Origin: Candidatus Peribacteria bacterium
Lineage (GTDB): Bacteria > Patescibacteriota > Gracilibacteria > UBA1369 > UBA12463
Assembly (NCBI GenBank): GCA_943354965.1
Contig: CALRDN010000004.1
Span: 13,121-77,120, forward strand
DNA length: 64,000 bases
Reading direction: 5' to 3'
Shown here: positions 60,523 through 64,000 of the stretch, in pieces
How the letters are laid out: each line of letters opens with the position of its first letter
Numbering within the stretch: the stretch's first letter is position 1
The notes under the pieces: generated by a model
What the model was told of the DNA's origin: nothing
Seen by the model: the letters and a program-made list of their open reading frames with translations, nothing else
The model's database searches: none
Translations under genes and position numbers: made by a program

Positions 60523-61086
60523 TTAGTACTCCAGAAGTCCCCTCTTGCGAAGCTGCTCATGGGCCCCTACCCCACCCCACGTAGCTACGGCACGTTTAAT
60601 GCCCATAGTCTGAAGCGATCGACCAGGGTTACCTCCCTTCAACGGTCTACCATTCTTATCCAAAGGAGGAAGTTCAATATGCCAGTTTTCACCGCCCCAG
60701 TTATCCTCCCTGTTCGCCTGTGTATCGGAGAACATCGTCGCCCCTACAGCAACTGCCGTATGGAAGAAGATTCTCTGATAATCGCGCCACGTAGTCCATA
60801 AATTCCACGTAATCATATCAACAAGCTGATCCACCGTGACATCATCGCCAACCTCAAGCTGTCTTCTCAAATGATCCTGAAGCTGCTTATTGATCCTAAC
60901 TTGTCCACGATACTCATCATAATTTTTAGGATCCTCCATGTAGTCCATCGCGCCCTGTACGCCGATATCGCCAGGATTACGATTATCAATACCTTTAAAC
61001 TTCGGAAGCTTCTCGAGCACCACCGGACGCTCATGAAAAGGACGCGTATCATTACTATAAGCAGAAGGAAAACCATCGAATGCCAT
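60523..61086 (-). CDS. Hypothetical protein
   Basis: 187-aa ORF with AT-rich start context and downstream terminator. Confidence 0.72.
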   Translation of the reverse strand: MAFDGFPSAYSNDTRPFHERPVVLEKLPKFKGIDNRNPGDIGVQGAMDYMEDPKNYDEYRGQVRINKQLQDHLRRQLEVGDDVTVDQLVDMITWNLWTTWRDYQRIFFHTAVAVGATMFSDTQANREDNWGGENWHIELPPLDKNGRPLKGGNPGRSLQTMGIKRAVATWGGVGAHEQLRKRGLLEY

Positions 61087-61278
61087 AAAAGTATGGGTAA
61101 AATAATAGCCTGGATGAAAATCCTACTGCATGGCTATGAAGATTGTCAAATTTATGGGATAATTCGCTGTCTCCAAGCGGACGGATACATCACACTATCA
61201 TTATCCATTTTACTAGTCCCATGCCATACATTCGGATATAGGTATAAACATACTACCCAGACTATCTTCGCCTGTCAC

Positions 61279-61917
61279 CTAGCGAACATTCTCACCAATA
61301 CGAAAGACTTTGCGAGCAAGCACTAAGGAAATACCTACGTGCACAATGAGCAATAGTCCAAATATGATATTCATCATACTCAAAGAAAGCACTCCAAACC
61401 TCACATAAGACCAGGTGACACTGAAACGATCCAGGAAGTCCTTTGTGAAAAAATACAGGATAATAAAGCTAAACTGCCACCAAGGAATCCTTTTTATATA
61501 TTTCCAGAGAAGGAAGGCTTGAGAAGCATAAAGCCAAACCCAAAAGATATTACCAAACTCGTACAACGCAAAACCGTTCTCATACATATAGTAGGTATAG
61601 AAAAATGGAGCGATGATTCCGTACCCAATAATGCCAAAAAGACTAAAATAAAGCAGAAATTGGGAAAAATACCCTCTTTTCAAGAAAAGAAGATAGTTAA
61701 GAGCAAGCAAAAAAGGATAAAGCGGGCACACTGGCACAAATATCCACAGATACATAGGGGTCTCCACGAAGTCATGAAGATCGACTCTCAGGGCTCCAAA
61801 AGTCATCGCAAAGCCGAGAACGATCAAAAACCAGAAGAAACGACGCGAAAGTGATGGCGGTAGGGTTATCACATCGAATAGTCTATCATAATGCCTTGAA
61901 GCTAAGAAATGTATCAA
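61279..61917 (-). CDS. DUF1405-like membrane protein
   Basis: Polytopic; TP.YLWIFVPVCPLY motif; start uncertain. Confidence 0.7.
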   Translation of the reverse strand: MIHFLASRHYDRLFDVITLPPSLSRRFFWFLIVLGFAMTFGALRVDLHDFVETPMYLWIFVPVCPLYPFLLALNYLLFLKRGYFSQFLLYFSLFGIIGYGIIAPFFYTYYMYENGFALYEFGNIFWVWLYASQAFLLWKYIKRIPWWQFSFIILYFFTKDFLDRFSVTWSYVRFGVLSLSMMNIIFGLLLIVHVGISLVLARKVFRIGENVR

Positions 61918-62028
61918 TTCTCATATAAAAAACATGCACGCGCAAAAATTCACATCAAAAAAGAATCTACTCATTGACAACAGGCTCATTGCACGGCTAC
62001 AGTAACCCCGCACTAATTCAAAACACCT

Positions 62029-62199
62029 ATGTCAAACGCACACGTCAATCACCACCACGGAGTCGTACTGAGACCTACTCAGCGTCCAAAATCCAGCGTA
62101 TCAAAAAAGAAGAACAAGGCAGGAGCCAAGGTTCGTAAAGCTTCAGTTCTCGCAAACGTTGCATCAAAGAAAGCTATGCAGATGGCGAAGCTCGTCTAA
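62029..62199 (+). CDS. Small basic protein (56 aa), below ORF-track cutoff
   Basis: MSNAHVNHHHGVVLRPTQRPKSSVSKKKNKAGAKVRKASVLANVASKKAMQMAKLV; promoter TTGACA-18-TACAGT (61974-62003). Confidence 0.72.
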   Translation: MSNAHVNHHHGVVLRPTQRPKSSVSKKKNKAGAKVRKASVLANVASKKAMQMAKLV

Positions 62200-62259
62200 A
62201 GTTTCACACAATTGCATCCTAGGCTGTACCTCATTACACCTTAAGGCTATACTTTCAGT

Positions 62260-63243
62260 ATGTTTTTTCGCGCGCGGACAAAAAAGAGCTCAAGTCATCA
62301 GGCACGATACGGTAGAGGCCTCGTTTTGACGAGCCGTTCGTCGCGTCGTACGCCCCGAACAAGCGGCAAAAGCCTCATCTCAAATCTCTCACTCCCCTCT
62401 CTTACATCGGTAAAAAGAGTTCTTCTCGCGATGATTGCCATTGGCATAGTAGGAGCGGTTTCCTATTTCGTCTGGTTCTCGGGATATTTCAAAATTACCA
62501 AAATCTACGTTCAATATGAGGAGTTTCAAAATGAAAACAGTGACATTCTAAATTATTTCGACACCCTCAAGGGAAAAAATTACCTATTCACTGACCCAGC
62601 AGAGAAAAAAACTGATATCCAAAAAGCTCATCCGGAGATCAGTAATATTATCATTCAAAAAATATTCCCGGACACTATCAAAATTAGTTTCACCGAGTTC
62701 CCTATTACCGCCAACGTCGAATCAATCGTAAATGGAAAATCGGTAGAAAAAGTGCTCATCAACTCGGTAGGAATGGTTATATATCACGATACGGAAAACC
62801 CAAATCTTCCCTATATCAAGATGATAACAACAGCCGAAATTGATGATACTATGACGCTTCCGTCAGTCGAAGTACCCGGCGAAAATAGCACGCCACCTGC
62901 ACCGATCGTACCTCCGACGCCAACACAACCAGCAGAAAAACCACTTCCGGTTATTTCTCAAGAATATCTCACCTATATGCTCAGCGCGACAAAAAGTTTC
63001 GAGGAACGATTTGGCATGAAAATTACAGAGTTACAACTTCTCCCGCAGGCACGAGAGCTGCATTTCAAAACAGAAAAAAACTTCGAAATATGGCTTGATA
63101 TTCAAATTCCTTTTGAAAAGCAGTTCCTCAAACTCAAAAAAGCGATGACCACACTCGACATATACAAAACACCACTTTTCTACATCGATCTACGAGTCTC
63201 CGGAGCAAACGGCGAAAAAGTTATTTTCAAAAGAAAAAAATAG
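62260..63243 (+). CDS. ftsQ: Cell division protein FtsQ/DivIB-like
   Basis: Basic cytoplasmic tail, TM, POTRA-like FPDTIKISFTE, C-terminal YIDLR. Confidence 0.8.
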   Translation: MFFRARTKKSSSHQARYGRGLVLTSRSSRRTPRTSGKSLISNLSLPSLTSVKRVLLAMIAIGIVGAVSYFVWFSGYFKITKIYVQYEEFQNENSDILNYFDTLKGKNYLFTDPAEKKTDIQKAHPEISNIIIQKIFPDTIKISFTEFPITANVESIVNGKSVEKVLINSVGMVIYHDTENPNLPYIKMITTAEIDDTMTLPSVEVPGENSTPPAPIVPPTPTQPAEKPLPVISQEYLTYMLSATKSFEERFGMKITELQLLPQARELHFKTEKNFEIWLDIQIPFEKQFLKLKKAMTTLDIYKTPLFYIDLRVSGANGEKVIFKRKK

Positions 63244-63295
63244 GGTATCATAGGGGCGAAAGACAAAAGTATCTCAATCCCTAAAACACCACTTC

Positions 63296-63679
63296 ATGGT
63301 TTGGGCTCTCCTCGGCATTCTCATCGGCATCTTGCTCGGACTCGGTATTGATTATACGATTCCATTTGCCTATACCAAGTTCACGGCCGTCGTGCTCGTG
63401 GGTATTCTAGATGCGCTTTTTGGAGCCATTCGCGCCGAAGTAACCAAGGATCAGTACGATGCTATGATCTTCATCTCGGGACTTTTCTTCAACATTATTC
63501 TCGCCCTCGTTATTACCTATCTCGGTGACAAACTAGGTCTCGACCTCTATCTCGCTGCCACGGTCGTCTTCACCTTCAGAATCTTCTCAAACGTAGGTAT
63601 CACACGCCGCGCCCTCCTCACTCGACTTCTCGAGAAACGTAAAAAAGTGAAGGAAGAAAACAGTATAGTAACTTTGTAA
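63296..63679 (+). CDS. sbp: Small basic protein Sbp (DUF1290)
   Basis: LDALFGAIRA, F.SG.F.N.ILA, LGDKLGLDLYLA, RIFSN...RR. Confidence 0.88.
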   Translation: MVWALLGILIGILLGLGIDYTIPFAYTKFTAVVLVGILDALFGAIRAEVTKDQYDAMIFISGLFFNIILALVITYLGDKLGLDLYLAATVVFTFRIFSNVGITRRALLTRLLEKRKKVKEENSIVTL

Positions 63680-63747
63680 AGGGCATGGGTTTGAGAAAAT
63701 GGCTAAAAAATGCTATAATACACCTAACATCGTAAACAAAAATAAAC

Positions 63748-64000
63748 ATGTCTAATGACGCTCTTTCCCAGGTACGTGAAATGATTGAATCAGCCGAGAC
63801 GAGCCTTCGAGCAGCGAAGCAGCTTCTTTTTGAATTAACCGGAGACGCTCCGGTAAGCAAATCTCCACGCTCAAAGCTTGTGAAGAAAGCCACATCACTC
63901 GAGAGCGAAGAGACCGAGGATAATGTCCTCGAGGGCGTATTCGACGGCCAAGGTATGATCGGTCCGGACAAGCGAGCCTATCCCGTACCGGCAAACTACG
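63748..64000 (+). CDS. Conserved CPR hypothetical protein, partial
   Basis: MSNDALSQVREMIESAE...EGVFDGQGMIGPDKRAYPVPANY, runs off window. Confidence 0.8.
   Translation, partial: MSNDALSQVREMIESAETSLRAAKQLLFELTGDAPVSKSPRSKLVKKATSLESEETEDNVLEGVFDGQGMIGPDKRAYPVPANY

Noticed and set aside
1..64000. CRISPR array, cas, integrase, reverse transcriptase, prophage or defence genes
   Set aside because: No repeat-spacer array or diagnostic motifs were seen in any ORF

Overview
Chromosomal segment of a small-genome bacterium. Gene content, AT-rich starts without Shine-Dalgarno motifs and a typical conserved hypothetical at the right edge suggest Patescibacteria/CPR, possibly Peregrinibacteria-like (inference). 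TGA and TAG both terminate housekeeping genes, so the code is table 11. The window holds: housekeeping and translation genes (rseP, frr, pyrH, DEAD helicase, ABC-F, ArfB-like, gmk, ssb, efp, epmA, rpmB, tRNA-Gln, tRNA-Asn); a CsoR-CopA copper locus; a U32/ferredoxin pair; queF-queE-queC; a split hom-ask pair; a eukaryote-type uridine phosphorylase; a thioester-less alpha-2-macroglobulin operon; and ftsQ-sbp. Several features are not explained by the ORF track. (1) Two promoter- and terminator-bounded, ORF-free, highly structured intergenic regions (about 9322-9615 minus, about 25685-26126 plus) that look like unannotated large ncRNAs. (2) Two paralogous ATP-grasp ligases flanking a fold-III PLP decarboxylase next to an aspartase/fumarase, one ligase preceded by a 26-codon ORF whose stop lies in a terminator-like hairpin. 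(3) A 219-bp MITE-like insertion in a hydrolase pseudogene. (4) A DKNYY gene split by one in-frame TAG. (5) A missed 56-aa basic ORF. All calls were made by eye from motifs; no database searches were run.
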